Both the position numbers and the translations under genes were made by a program. DNA of 64,000 bases from Macrostomum lignano (lineage: Eukaryota): NCBI GenBank assembly GCA_002269645.1, contig NIVC01003594.1:1-64000 (forward strand). Direction: 5' to 3'. The notes under the pieces are model-generated. The model was not told where the DNA came from, made no database searches, and worked only from the letters and a program-made list of their open reading frames with translations. Each line of letters opens with the position of its first letter. Positions within the stretch are counted from its first letter, which is position 1. This document shows positions 47,771 to 59,262 of the stretch, one piece after another.

Positions 47771-48523
47771 CAGCTATAATGCTGTGCTGGGAAGAAAAAC
47801 TGAGACGTAAAGGCTCTCAGAGAATAACTGAGATTACGAGGGGGGGGGTTGTTTCTGGGATCTCAAAGCAAAAGTCAGAAGCTACTTCAAAGTTCATGTA
47901 CTTTACTCAATTTTTTATTGCATTCTTTGTTGGCTCGCCATGGGGGGGTGCTGATAGAAGAAGAGTCATGTAAAAAATAAAAGTAGCACTATGTATACAT
48001 AAAAGACAAGTCATGTCGAAGTTAAAAGATTCATTTGGGAATTGGTACGATGTCAAAGCTTGGTGGAAATCGTTATAGTGCTGTGATTCTTAAAGAAGGA
48101 ATCACTAAAATGTCAAGGCTTAGGGGAGAAGAATTGCTGAGATTTCAAGGCTTTAGGTTGGGTTAAAGTTAGGTTTAAGTCAGGTGTGGGTTGAGGGTTA
48201 TATTTTATCGGGTTTCAAGGTTAACAGTGGATTTTTTAGATTTCAAGGTTTATGGGGGCCATCGCTGACATGTCAAGGCTTACGGACGGGGGGGGGAATA
48301 GCTGAGATGTCAAGGCTCACGGGGGTATAAATGAGATTTCAAGGCTAAAGTCAGAAGCTACATGTAGTTTATTGAAAACTTTTTATTACATTATTTGATG
48401 CCTCCTCAGGCGAGGGATCGCTGATAAAAAAAGCGTTATGTAAAAAATAAAAGAAGCTTATCGCTATAATGCTGTAGTAGTGCTATAATGACTCTTAGAG
48501 AGAATTACTGAAATTTCAATGCT

Positions 48524-48568
48524 TTAGGGTTAGGTTAGGGTTAGGGTTAGGGTTAGGGTTAGGGTTAG
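48524..48568 (+). repeat. Short interstitial (TTAGGG)n run inside the Helitron
   Basis: About 7 units visible. Confidence 0.85.
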
Positions 48569-50702
48569 AAGGTTGACAGATATTTTTAGATTTCCAAGGC
48601 TTATTGGGGGCATTGCTGAGATGTCAAGGGGGGAAGTTGATATGTTAAAGCTGGGGGGGGGGAATTACTGACATGTCAAGGCTTACAAGGTTTGACAGGA
48701 GATTTTTTAAGATTTCAAGGATACATGTAGCTTATTAAAAAAACGTGTAAAGCATTTCTTTGGCTCCCCAACGGGGGCGTAGATTGCTAGTAATGTCTCC
48801 TAATATCAGTCATCCTCTCACAGTGCTTATACAGCTTTTTTCCTCAGCTTGCTTTTTCCTTTAGCTGCTAGAATTAATGTAATAGCCTACTTGACCTCTT
48901 AATGGTTTGCAAAATTCTTCTTTGAAAAGTTAGCCTTTAGACATTTGAATAGAAATCCATTGCACAAGTTGAAGTCTAGGCTATAGGGACCTTGCCTAGT
49001 CCCTAGATTTAATCAAAAGATCTAAAATAGCCTTATAAATGAGCAACTAGGCCTACACATTGTTTATCTATCATAAAATCTCATTCAATTGAATTAGATT
49101 TTATTAAAGAGTACATTAAAAGTCCCTAGTATGCTAGCTAAAATTTGATACTAAAGTACTAACTATTGACCTTAGTGTTTAATAAAGTTATGGAGATAGA
49201 GACTTGGATATTCTCTAGCCATAAATAGCACAATTTAGTCGAAATTGGCCTGGAATCTTTAGCTCTTAGCCAATAGTGATAGTCTCTTTTGTCATCTGAC
49301 TCATCTAGGACTAGGTATAACCAGGTTTTATCCTTAACAACAATAACAAAAACCTAAATAGCAATTTAGGATATTATCCAAGCTCATTGCTATTGAACAT
49401 CTTCTAGATCTGCTTGGTGCAAGTGTCTTGTTGAAATTCTTTGTGATTTTTGTTAGTTACCATATTGGAATAACTGCTTGTATGATGTACAACCATCTGT
49501 CACACAAAGTTGTTAAATTTTTGGTGCCATACTGCATAACTGCAAAATTAGTTATATTTATATATAACATTCATTATGTCAAAGCATAATGTTTATAAAC
49601 CTATACCATATATCTGCAGGATCTGAAATTGTATTTCAATAGGTATTACTTACATATTACTAGTTATTAGTTACATGGTGCAGCAAGGCAAAAAGTCCTT
49701 AAAAAGGCTTAAAAGCACAAAGTGATCTTCCTATTTCTTTATGGTGTCATTGGCTTTGTCATAGTGTAGCTTGTATAGGCATCTGGTGCACTTAAGCCAT
49801 AAACTTCAATAAAGGTAGAAATTTCTAGAATTACAATACAATGCATGCTACTACAGCAGCAGCCTCACATCCAGCAGGCCTCCGAGCAGCTCCAGACACT
49901 GGCTAGACCCCATCGGGGCTGGCCGCCAGTGCTGGACTGTCAGGCGTGGGGTGGAAGGTCCGTTGGCCACGGACACGAAAGCTGGAATTCCGGCCCCTCT
50001 GCTGGGGTTGACCCTGGTGGACCTGGTGGCAGGCTCACCGACATGCCCTCTGCACACTCACGCGGCGACGCGGTGGTGCAAGGCCCCTGTCCTATGGTGA
50101 GCGGGGCATTGACGGCTGGCTGTGCCATGTTGCAGTCAGACCGTTCCCGTAGGCCCATTGACCAGGTGACCCAGCGGGGCCGGCATCAACAACAACAACA
50201 ACTACAGCAGCAGTCCCTTTACCAAAGATAAAGTCCAAATAAGAAGAGAACTTTCACAAAATCCAAATGAATGATTAATGATTAATAAATGGTTTATTAA
50301 TATTGGTACATACAGTCAGTCAGCCAGCCAGTCAGACTGCTCTAAGCAAAGGAGGGGTTCACTGGCTTTGAAGCCTTATCCCTGATTGAGCAGCACCTTG
50401 CCATTGCCACTGTCTTGCTCTCTCTATATAACAAATAAATTGTGCTTCTTCTCCTTGCCTTCTTAACTTAGACTTGCCCAGTATATGTGAGCTGCCAAAC
50501 TGGTGAATGCAATGTGATCCAAACATACAACCTTTGTCATGCAGCCACCAAAAGATTCAATTTTAGTTTTGTCATCAATTTTTCCATTGACCAATGTTTT
50601 TGTTTTAATCTGGCTCGTTAATGTCTGAAATTGAAATTTAATTATGTTGATTAGATTCACAAATGTAGAAAGTTCTATTTTTCACCTTGCAGATTGCTAA
50701 AA

Positions 50703-52496
50703 ATGGCAAATGCAGACGCAGACGAGGATTCTTTATCTGTGATCGAGCTGCTTACTTGCTCCATATGCAACTGTGTTGTATCCGATCCTAGGTTTCTTCC
50801 TTGCACTCACTCTGTGTGTCTCAGCTGTGTGGATTCTATCAGAAATACCATAGACTGGTGCACTGGCAGCTGTGCTGTCTGCCAGCACAAACTTCAACTG
50901 CCTTTTAGTTCGTCTCAGCTAGGTCGCGATCTCGCCAAATCTCAGCTGGCCAAAACAGTTAAGATCAATAAAAAGAACAGACAGCCCCTCTGCTCAGCTC
51001 CTGACTGCCAGAATGCGTGGAAGGCCGTGTCAGCCTTGTCGAGCCGAGCCATGTGCGAGCAGCATCTGCAGGCGGAGCTGGACCGGCTGGCTGCAGAGGT
51101 GGCCTCACTGAGAGAGCCGGTCGCGGCTGCACTGGCGCCAGCAAGCCGTCTCTCAGGAATTTGTGGTCGAGCGGCAGAGAAGAAGCAGAGTCTGGAGGCC
51201 ACGCAGCGAGAGGTGGAGTCGAAGTTCGAGAGACTTCGAGAGCAGCTCGAGGACGCAGAGACGCTGGCGTTGAAGGCAGTTCGGATCGACATTGAGAGGA
51301 GCTCGAGCTGCAGTGAGAGTGCAGAGTCGATTCGAGCTCAGCTGGAGCAGTTTCAGAGTATGGGTGAGAGCTGGTCGGACTTGCAGACTGCAGGCAGTCA
51401 AGGTGCAGTGCAGCTGGTCGATGAGACGAAGAGAGCACTGCGTCAGCTTGAGCACCTTGACAACTCGTTTGCGACAGTCTCTGATGTAGTGAACTCTGCG
51501 TCTGAGAGTTTAGTTAGCAGCTTAAAGCCTGAATTAGAAAAATTGTCCGCTAAACTCGAGAATCTTGTTGATCGAACGGTTTCGTGCCGGCGTGTCTTGT
51601 CGCTTGAAGAATCAAAGTCCGTTAAACTGCAGAGCACACCTGACTTTGTGACTCTGTTATCGGACTGCAAGTTGATTTTGGACAAAAATTCGTGTTTCCG
51701 TGCTATCCCCGAGAAGGGTAAAATTCCTGCTGGAGCTGTGGAAATTCGTGGCTCAGTTTTGTGTTTTCTATATCGAACAATAGAAGCTGAGCCAACGGTG
51801 CAGTTGTTTTCATTTCCGAGTTGTGACATTATTTTAGGAGGATGTTTCAAGATTCCGTGTTACGATCAGAGGGGCTATCCGATTTTTAAAAAATTTGAAG
51901 TGGAAGCGTTTCTTGGTGTTTCTTCAAAGAGCGTTTTTATTTTAGCTATCGTGGATCGGATTGTTAGTTTTTCTATCGGAGGCGAGTTCTTAAAACGCAT
52001 CCGAACTAAGAATTCGTCATTGTGGTCATTTTGTTCCAAGTCAGAGCTGCTGATCATTTTTTCACCAGATCATGGCATTGGCTTGTATGATTCGGAGCTG
52101 CAGATTATGAAATTCATTTCCGTTTCGGATTTGTCGTGTCCTTCGGTCTTGTCAATGTGCCCGCAGTTTATCCTGGCAGACTTGGGTGATGGGCAGGTGT
52201 CAAGAATCGACGTTAGCAACCGCAGCGTGACCACACTGGCACAGTGCAAGCACCTGAGAGCTCAACTTCAACGCGCCAGTGTTATTTGTGAGGCTGAAAG
52301 CAAAATGTGCTTTGTACGCGGTGCAAAGTCAATCTTTGTGATGAACGAACAATTTGGTTTAGTTGAAACACTGAAAATAAAACCTGCGCTACCAGGCGGC
52401 TTCTTCAAGGTCCGCATCTCAAACATGGATTATCTTGTCGTGTGCAGCGCTGCCGGAAAGTCCGTTGACTTTATCTCAATTAATAACTATGAGTAG
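50703..52496 (+). CDS. TRIM-like E3 ligase copy A, uninterrupted CDS: C3HC4 RING, degenerate B-box, coiled coil, NHL-like beta-propeller; 597 aa
   Basis: CSIC..CTHSVCLSC..CAVC RING; heptad-rich middle; beta-rich C-terminus with an NHL-like RIVSFSIGGEFLKRI. Acceptor ttgcag lies 10 nt before the ATG. Confidence 0.85.
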   Translation: MANADADEDSLSVIELLTCSICNCVVSDPRFLPCTHSVCLSCVDSIRNTIDWCTGSCAVCQHKLQLPFSSSQLGRDLAKSQLAKTVKINKKNRQPLCSAPDCQNAWKAVSALSSRAMCEQHLQAELDRLAAEVASLREPVAAALAPASRLSGICGRAAEKKQSLEATQREVESKFERLREQLEDAETLALKAVRIDIERSSSCSESAESIRAQLEQFQSMGESWSDLQTAGSQGAVQLVDETKRALRQLEHLDNSFATVSDVVNSASESLVSSLKPELEKLSAKLENLVDRTVSCRRVLSLEESKSVKLQSTPDFVTLLSDCKLILDKNSCFRAIPEKGKIPAGAVEIRGSVLCFLYRTIEAEPTVQLFSFPSCDIILGGCFKIPCYDQRGYPIFKKFEVEAFLGVSSKSVFILAIVDRIVSFSIGGEFLKRIRTKNSSLWSFCSKSELLIIFSPDHGIGLYDSELQIMKFISVSDLSCPSVLSMCPQFILADLGDGQVSRIDVSNRSVTTLAQCKHLRAQLQRASVICEAESKMCFVRGAKSIFVMNEQFGLVETLKIKPALPGGFFKVRISNMDYLVVCSAAGKSVDFISINNYE

Positions 52497-53141
52497 TGCG
52501 CTGTAGAATCAGCTTACTTTTGATGCTTATAAAATGTTTTGGTGCTTTTTATATGGTGTTTCATTGCACTGTCTGCTATTCTTAACGACCATAAAACTCG
52601 ATCCATAAGTGGTAGGGTGGGGTTTCTTCCTAATGGACACATTCATTTCTGAACACAACAGTTGCTGTACAATTTGCTTGCTCTTAAGAGTGTCCTCTGA
52701 TTTTAAAACTAATTCTAATTAAACTGTACGTGTTAGAAATATGAAGCATTAAGCTGAGACTGGTCTCGGTTTAAGCTTAGCTTAAGCCACATTTCGATCG
52801 AACTGGGGTGGGTGATGGAGGGACCATATTTACATAGCTTTTTCGTCTCATTAGTTGCCTGAACTGGCCCCGAGATTTGCAGTCTATCTGGGGTAGAACA
52901 GATTGTAACAAAATGTGGCTCACATATGCATGTCAATTGCCAAGGTTTTTTCTTCCACTGTTGTACTCAAGTTTTTCCTTCTTTTCTGAATCTCTGTGAA
53001 GATTTTTATTTATTTATAACTTGTATTTTTTTATAATTTATTTTTTCGTATCCCTACAGTGTCTTCTATTTTTGTACTGGCTATTTTTGCTTTTTATGAG
53101 ATTTGCGCAAATAACCCTAGAGTTTTTTCCTTCATAACCAA

Positions 53142-53961
53142 CATAGGCGTAGGAACGGGGGGAGCCAGTGGGGCCATGGCCCCCACTTTTTAAAATGGGG
53201 GGGGGCAATAATGGTATCTGGCCCCTCCACATTTTTAATGTAAAATGTAGACTTTTTGCTTACTTTTGGTTTTTGCTGCTTTGGATGAATGCATTTTTCT
53301 GCAAGGGCGACAAAACATAGCGCCTGCAGCGCTAAAATGAGTGCCTGCAGCGCTTTATAAAATGAGTGCTGACAAGATGGGTTCCGAAAATAATCGGTAC
53401 ATGATAATGTGCATTTTCCATATAAAAAATCTAACTCGACGGGGCGTGCGCCCCCCCCCCTTCTAAATCCGTCACTGAACCTGCCCCCCCCCTTTAAATC
53501 CGTCACTGAACCTGCCCCCCCCCCTAAATCCGTCACTGAACCTGCCCCCCCCCTAAATCCGTCACTGAACCTGCCCCCCCCCCTAAATCCGTCACTGAAC
53601 CTGCCCCCCCCCTAAATCCGTCACTGAACCTGCCCCCCCCTAAATCCGTCACTGAACCTGCCCCCCCCCTAAATCCGTCACTGAACCTGCCCCCCCCTAA
53701 ATCCGTCACTGAACCTGCCCCCCCCCTAAATCCGTCACTGAACCTGCCCCCCCCCCCCCCCTAAATCCGTCACTGAACCTGCCCCCCCCTAAATCCGTCA
53801 CTGAACCTGCCCCCCCCCTAAATCCGTCACTGAACCTGCCCCCCCCCTAAATCCGTCACTGAACCTGCCCCCCCCCCCTAAATCCGTCACTGAACCTGCC
53901 CCCCCCTAAATCCGTCACTGAACCTGCCCCCCCCACTTTTTGAAACGTTCCTACGCCTATG
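53142..53961. mobile_element. hAT-type MITE (820 bp), 16-bp perfect TIR CATAGGCGTAGGAACG, 8-bp TSD (ATAACCAA/TTAACCAA), with an internal poly-C minisatellite (53465-53935)
   Basis: TIRs are exact reverse complements. Empty sites occur in the paralogous spacers (TTGACCAA at 58335). Confidence 0.85.
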
Positions 53962-54230
53962 TTAACCAAGATTGTTCTGTATATCAGCCACAAATTTTTA
54001 ATTTGGTATTATCTAGCATTTAATGAATACACAGGATTATTAATACATTTGCGCCTGTAAATTTTTAGCGATTTTAGCGTAATTTATTATTAATTTTGTT
54101 GTTGAACCGCGCCGTATTTGTGTGATTTCCTATGCTTTTACAGACAGGTTTACAAGTTATATTTTAGTTTTGTTATCCAGCAAATATTCGTTAAAGGTCT
54201 TTGTCTTTGCTATTCCAGAAAACTTGGCAC

Positions 54231-54737
54231 CATAGATCTTATCTACACTAGATAGGCCACTCAGTAGCACCCAGCCAAACCATTGAATCTATAGGAAGCT
54301 TTCCAAGAAGCGGTATTTTCATCTAATTCTCAGTAGTTAGTGCGCATATTTGTCAGTAGCTGAAACGAGAATTAAATGCTTTGTTTATTCAGCTGTGTCA
54401 GCGAAGACTTGAAATGCCATTGCATGAATACTGTGAGATTATAATCAGCAGAGTGCGTTTTCAGAGAAAGAAATCGTCTATGCATTTCTTCTGGGTCAGA
54501 AGGCTGTTGGAAAGCAGTGTAGATTTTAAAGAAAACTGAAAGAAGTTGGCGTAAAAAATTACTTTGCGTCATTTTATTGCGATTAAATATATTTTTTCGG
54601 CCATGTCCATAGGCTACTGACAATTTGTTTTCAGCAGTGCAAGTGAACATGTTATCGTCCACGAGTCATTGTTGGGTGTCATTTTCTACACATTGACTGG
54701 ATGGGGAGTGGCCTATCTAGTGTATATGAAATCTATT
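54231..54737. mobile_element. hAT-type MITE (507 bp), ~32-bp TIR starting CATAGAT, 8-bp TSD (CTTGGCAC/CTTAGCAC)
   Basis: The core TACACTAGATAGGCCACTC is perfectly inverted. Single-copy empty sites lie at 58570 and 60354. Confidence 0.8.
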
Positions 54738-55852
54738 CTTAGCACTAAAAACCCTAGAAGTGACCAATAGATAAATATAATTGGACGATGTGTTGTTAAG
54801 TCTGAAACCATTTCGCTGTGAATTCTTTCTAATGTTGACTTTTGCATTAAGGATGCCGCCTTAAAACATATTTATTCGATAGTTACATACGAGCGTATGT
54901 GTTAGAACACTATAAAGCCAGTTACCCCAGTATAATTTGCACTTTTCAATGATAAAATTGGCTGCCCTAGACAAGTAAAGTCCCAACTATGTTTTCCCGC
55001 AACTTTTCTTTTGACAATTTTTACTTTATATTTATAAATTTTATAACTCGAAAAAAAACTTTATAAAATGTTTGAAAAATTCCATTTTTGATATTAGTTT
55101 CACTGTTAATTTTTATTTTAAGACCCGTCAATATTTCGTTTAGCCTCTGTTGCACAACACAACAACAACAACAAAATACGCTGTCATGATGGTAAAAGTC
55201 AGCGTCACACAGCACACAGCAAGTTCAATTTTAGTTATAAGTTAGTTTCAAACGGGAGTACCAAGTTTGCTTGTTGAATGGGTTCAGCTTCCGCTACACT
55301 CAACAAGCAGCTTGTCGAAGTTTCTTGCCGACTACAAAGGGGGTATCTTGTGGCCACAGATTCGTAGTTTATGAGGCTCGCAGGAGCAAGTTATTGGGTG
55401 AAGTGCTTTGCGGTAAAATAAGATGGCATCAGTAAATAAAATTGATGCTCTCTGTCGCCTATCGGTATCAGCGTTGCCATTCTCAACGACTCAATATGAA
55501 TTCTAATTTAGCGTCAACGGCAAAGCAACGTTAAAAGTGCGTGGGAAACATTAAAAATAAGCAGGCACCCTATATGTATAGAAATATCCGTAGTGTTGTG
55601 GAATCTGTGTAACATACACTAGCAAACTTTAACAGGCAAGCTTCATACACCTTTTTTTGAAAATGTCTACTTAAGATTTTTTCAAAACACAGCTGCGGTT
55701 TTAAGACAAGTTTTGCGGCTCTCAATTTAATAAATAATTTGCCAGAAGCTTATCTATTAAAGACGATAGGTTAATAACTAGTCAGTGTCATTCTGTCAAT
55801 CTTATATCCAAAGAGTTCAATCTTATCATATATTAATTACTTCATGCCAGCC

Positions 55853-57658
55853 ATGGCCACCGCCTCAGCAGACGCTTCAGGCGACAGTGCTCAGTCTGTG
55901 GAGCAGCTACTCACCTGCTCTGCGTGCTGCCGCATGGTCTCCGATCCCAGACTGTTGCCATGCTCACACTCTGTGTGTCTCAGCTGTGTGGACTCGCTCA
56001 GAGAAGCCACAGACCGGTGCACAGGCAGCTGCCCTGTCTGCCAGCAGAAAATTCAGCTGCCGAATAATTCTTCTGAGCTGAAGCGCGACATCACGAAGTG
56101 TCAGTTTGCCAAAGCGTTGAATATCACAGAGAAGAGCAGAGAGCTCTGCTCAGCTCCTGACTGCCAGAATGCATAGAAGGCCGTGTCAGCCTTGTCGAGC
56201 CGAGCCATGTGCGAGCAGCATCTGCAGGCGGAGCTGGACCGGCTGGCTGCAGAGGCGGCCTCACTGAGAGAGCCGGTCGCGGCTGCACTGGCGCCAGCAA
56301 GCCGTCTCTCAGGAATTTGTAGTCGAGCGGCAGAGAAGAAGCAGAGTCTGGAGGCCACGCAGCGAGAGGTGGAGTCGAAGTTCGAGAGACTTCGAGAGCA
56401 GCTCGAGGACGCAGAGACGCTGGCGTTGAAGGCAGTTCGGATCGACATTGAGAGAAGCTCGAGCTGCAGCGAGAGTGCAGAGTCGATTCGAGCTCAGCTG
56501 GAGCAGTTTCAGAGTATGGGTGAGAGCTGGTCGGACTTGCAGACTGCAGGAAGTCAAGGTGCAGTGCAGCTGGTCGATGAGACGAAGAGAGCACTGCGTC
56601 AGCTTGAGCACCTTGACGACTCGTTTGCGACAGTCTCTGATCGGATCGAATCAACGGCTAAAAAGTTTGTTGCAAATCTAACTTTGGAAGTTGAGAAGTT
56701 ATCCATTGAGCTGGAAAAACTGGTTGATCAAACGGTTTCGTGCCGACGTGTGTTGTCGTTGAAAAAATCAAAGTCCGTTAAACTGCAGAGCGCACCTCAG
56801 TTTGTGACTCTGTTATCGGACTGCAAGCTGATGTTGGACAAGAACTCGTGTTTCACTTTCATCCCCTTTAACGATAAAATTCCTGCTGGAGCTGTAGCAA
56901 TTCGTGGTTCGGTTTTGTGTTATCTATTTCAAACACAGTATTCTGAGCCAACTATGCACTTGTTTTCATTTCCTGGTTGTGACCTTATTTTAGGAGGATT
57001 TTTCAAAATTCCTTATTGGCATCAGGACAGCGCGCTATGGTCAGAAGATCCTGATTACATAGTTAAAGCATGTTTCGGTGTTTCTTCAAGAAGCGTTTTT
57101 ATTTTGGCTTTCTCAGAAGCGATCGCTAGTTATTATGTCGGAGGCAAGCTTTTAAAACGCATCCAAACTAACCATTCGTCAATGTGGTCATTTTGTTCGA
57201 AGTCAGAGCAGCTACTCGTTTTTTCACGAAATCATGGCATGAGCTTGTATAATTCGGAGCTGCAGATTATGAAATTAATTCCGGTTTCGAATTTGTCGTG
57301 TCCTTCCGTATTGTCAATGTGCCCGCAGTTCATCCTGGCAGACTTGGGTGATGGACAGGTGTCAAGAATTGAGGTTAGCACCCGCAGCGTGACCATACTG
57401 GCACAGTGGAAACACCTGAGAGCTCAACTTCAAGGCGCCAGTGTTATTTGTGAAGCTAAAAGCAAATTGTGCTTTGTACGCGTTGAAAAGTCAATCTTTG
57501 TAATGAACGAACAATTTGATTTAGTTGAAACGCTGGAAATAAGAAATGTACGATCAGGCGGCTTCTTCAAGGTCCGCATCTCAAACGTGGATTATCTTGT
57601 CCTGTGCAGTGCTGCCGAAAAGTCCGTTGACTTTATCTCAATTAATAACTATGAGTAG
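55853..57658 (+). pseudogene. TRIM-like copy B, full length but with an in-frame TAG at 56174-56176 (TGG in copy A); pseudogene or split gene
   Basis: RING ORF 55853-56176 (107 aa) and a downstream in-frame ORF to 57658 with no other lesion; collinear with copy A. Confidence 0.75.
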
Positions 57659-59047
57659 TGAGTAGTTTGCGGTAGGATAACCTTGTTTTTCTGCTTACAA
57701 ATGTGTTTTGGCGTTTCATTGCACTGTCTGCTATTCTCAACGACCATATAGAAGTGGACAAGTCACAGGAAAAAGTCGATCGATAAGTGGTAGATGGGGC
57801 TTCTTCCTATTGGACGCATTGGTTTCTGAACTAACAGTTCTGTTTAATTTACTTGCCTTTGCTTTTAAGGGTTTCGTATGGTTCTAAAACTAATTTGAAT
57901 TAAAATGGACCTTTTAAAAAATGAAGCATAAAGCCGACACTGTCCTCGGCTTAAGCCCAGCTTATGCCAAATATCGATCGAACTGAGGTGGGTGAAGGAG
58001 AGGCCATGTTCGCATAGCTTTTTGTCTCATTTCTTGACTGCAGTCTTCTCTGGAGTAGAGCATATTGTAACAAAATGTGGCTCAATGTGCATACCAATTG
58101 CCAATGTTCATTTTCTTCCACTGTTTTACTCAAGTTTTTCCTTCCTTTTCCGAATCTTTGAAAGGGAAGTTTTTCATTTATCCATAAGTTTTTGCAAATT
58201 TTTATATTTCCATTCTTTAGTGTCCTTACAGGCTTACAGTCAGTTCGATTTTTATACTATTTTTTGCTTTTTATAAGCATTGTGCAAATAATCCTTACAA
58301 TTTGACTTCCATTTTCAATTGCGTTTTTTCTTACTTGACCAATATTGTATCTGTATATCTGCTACAAGTTTTAATTTTTTGTCTGATAATTATTACTTTT
58401 ATTACCTGTCAATTTTAGCCATTTAAGCGTCATTTTTGTTGATTTTGTTGTTGAAACGCCCCATTTTGGAGTGATTTCCTATGCTTTTTCAAAAGCATTT
58501 ACAAGTCATTTTAGTTGTGTTATCCAGCAAATATTCGTTAAAAGTCTTTGTCTTTGCTATGCTAAGAAACTTGGCATTAGAAACTCCAGACTAGAAGTGA
58601 CCGATGAGTTCGAGACTCGACGATGTGTTATTAACTCCGAGACCATGTTATTTTCTATATTTTGCGTTGGCAAAGTTCCAGTAGTTATAAGCTAGTTTCT
58701 AACGGGAGTACCACGTTTGCTTGCTGAGGCTTGCTTGTTGTATGTGTACAGCCTCCGCTACATTCAACAGACGGCTTGTCAAAGTTTTCTTACCGATTAC
58801 TATGGGGATATCTTATGACCACGGATACCTAGTTTATAAGGCTTACAGGAGCTAATTATTGGGTGAAGTGCTATGCGGTATAAAAGGGTTGCATGAATGC
58901 ATAAAATTGATGGACTCTTCCGCCTATTGGCGTTGCCATTCTTGACAAATCAGAGTAAATGCTAATTTAGCCGTCAATCTTTCAGTTGATAAGAAGTGCA
59001 TGGGAAACTTGATAATAAGCAGACACCCTGTAGGTATAGAAACGTCG

Positions 59048-59262
59048 TGTTGTTTGTGAAGCTGAAAGCAAATTGTGTTTTATACGCGGTGCAAAGTCAA
59101 TCTTTGTGATGAACGAACAATTCGAATTGGTTGAAACACTGGAAATAAAAACTGCGCTACCAGGCGGCTTCTTCAAGGTCCGCATCTCAAACATGGATTA
59201 TCTTGTCGTGTGCAGAGCTGCCGGAAACTGTTGACTTTATCTCAATTAATAACTACGAGTAG
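59048..59262 (+). pseudogene. 3' relic of a fourth TRIM-like copy (last ~70 codons, frameshifted)
   Basis: Close match to 52283-52496 (GCGGTGCAAAGTCAATCTTTGTGATGAACGAACAATT...AATAACTACGAGTAG), with a small deletion near 59228. Followed by the paralogous 3' spacer. Confidence 0.85.

Larger units (their letters stand above)
44142..48790 (+). mobile_element. Complete non-autonomous Helitron copy 2 (4649 bp) containing a ~3-kb 23-bp satellite
   Basis: A|TCCTATATACTAAAAATGA 5' end; (TTGC)n followed by AATGGCTTAACCGATTTTCATGA; 3' CCCC-AAC-GGGGG hairpin plus AGATTGCTAG|T. Inserted between A and T with no TSD, as expected for Helitrons. No Rep/helicase ORF. Confidence 0.85.

Noticed and set aside
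49845-50231. 128-aa Gln-flanked ORF in a GC-rich island
   Set aside because: No recognisable domain or convincing splice context; probably a transposon fragment, but I cannot assign it.
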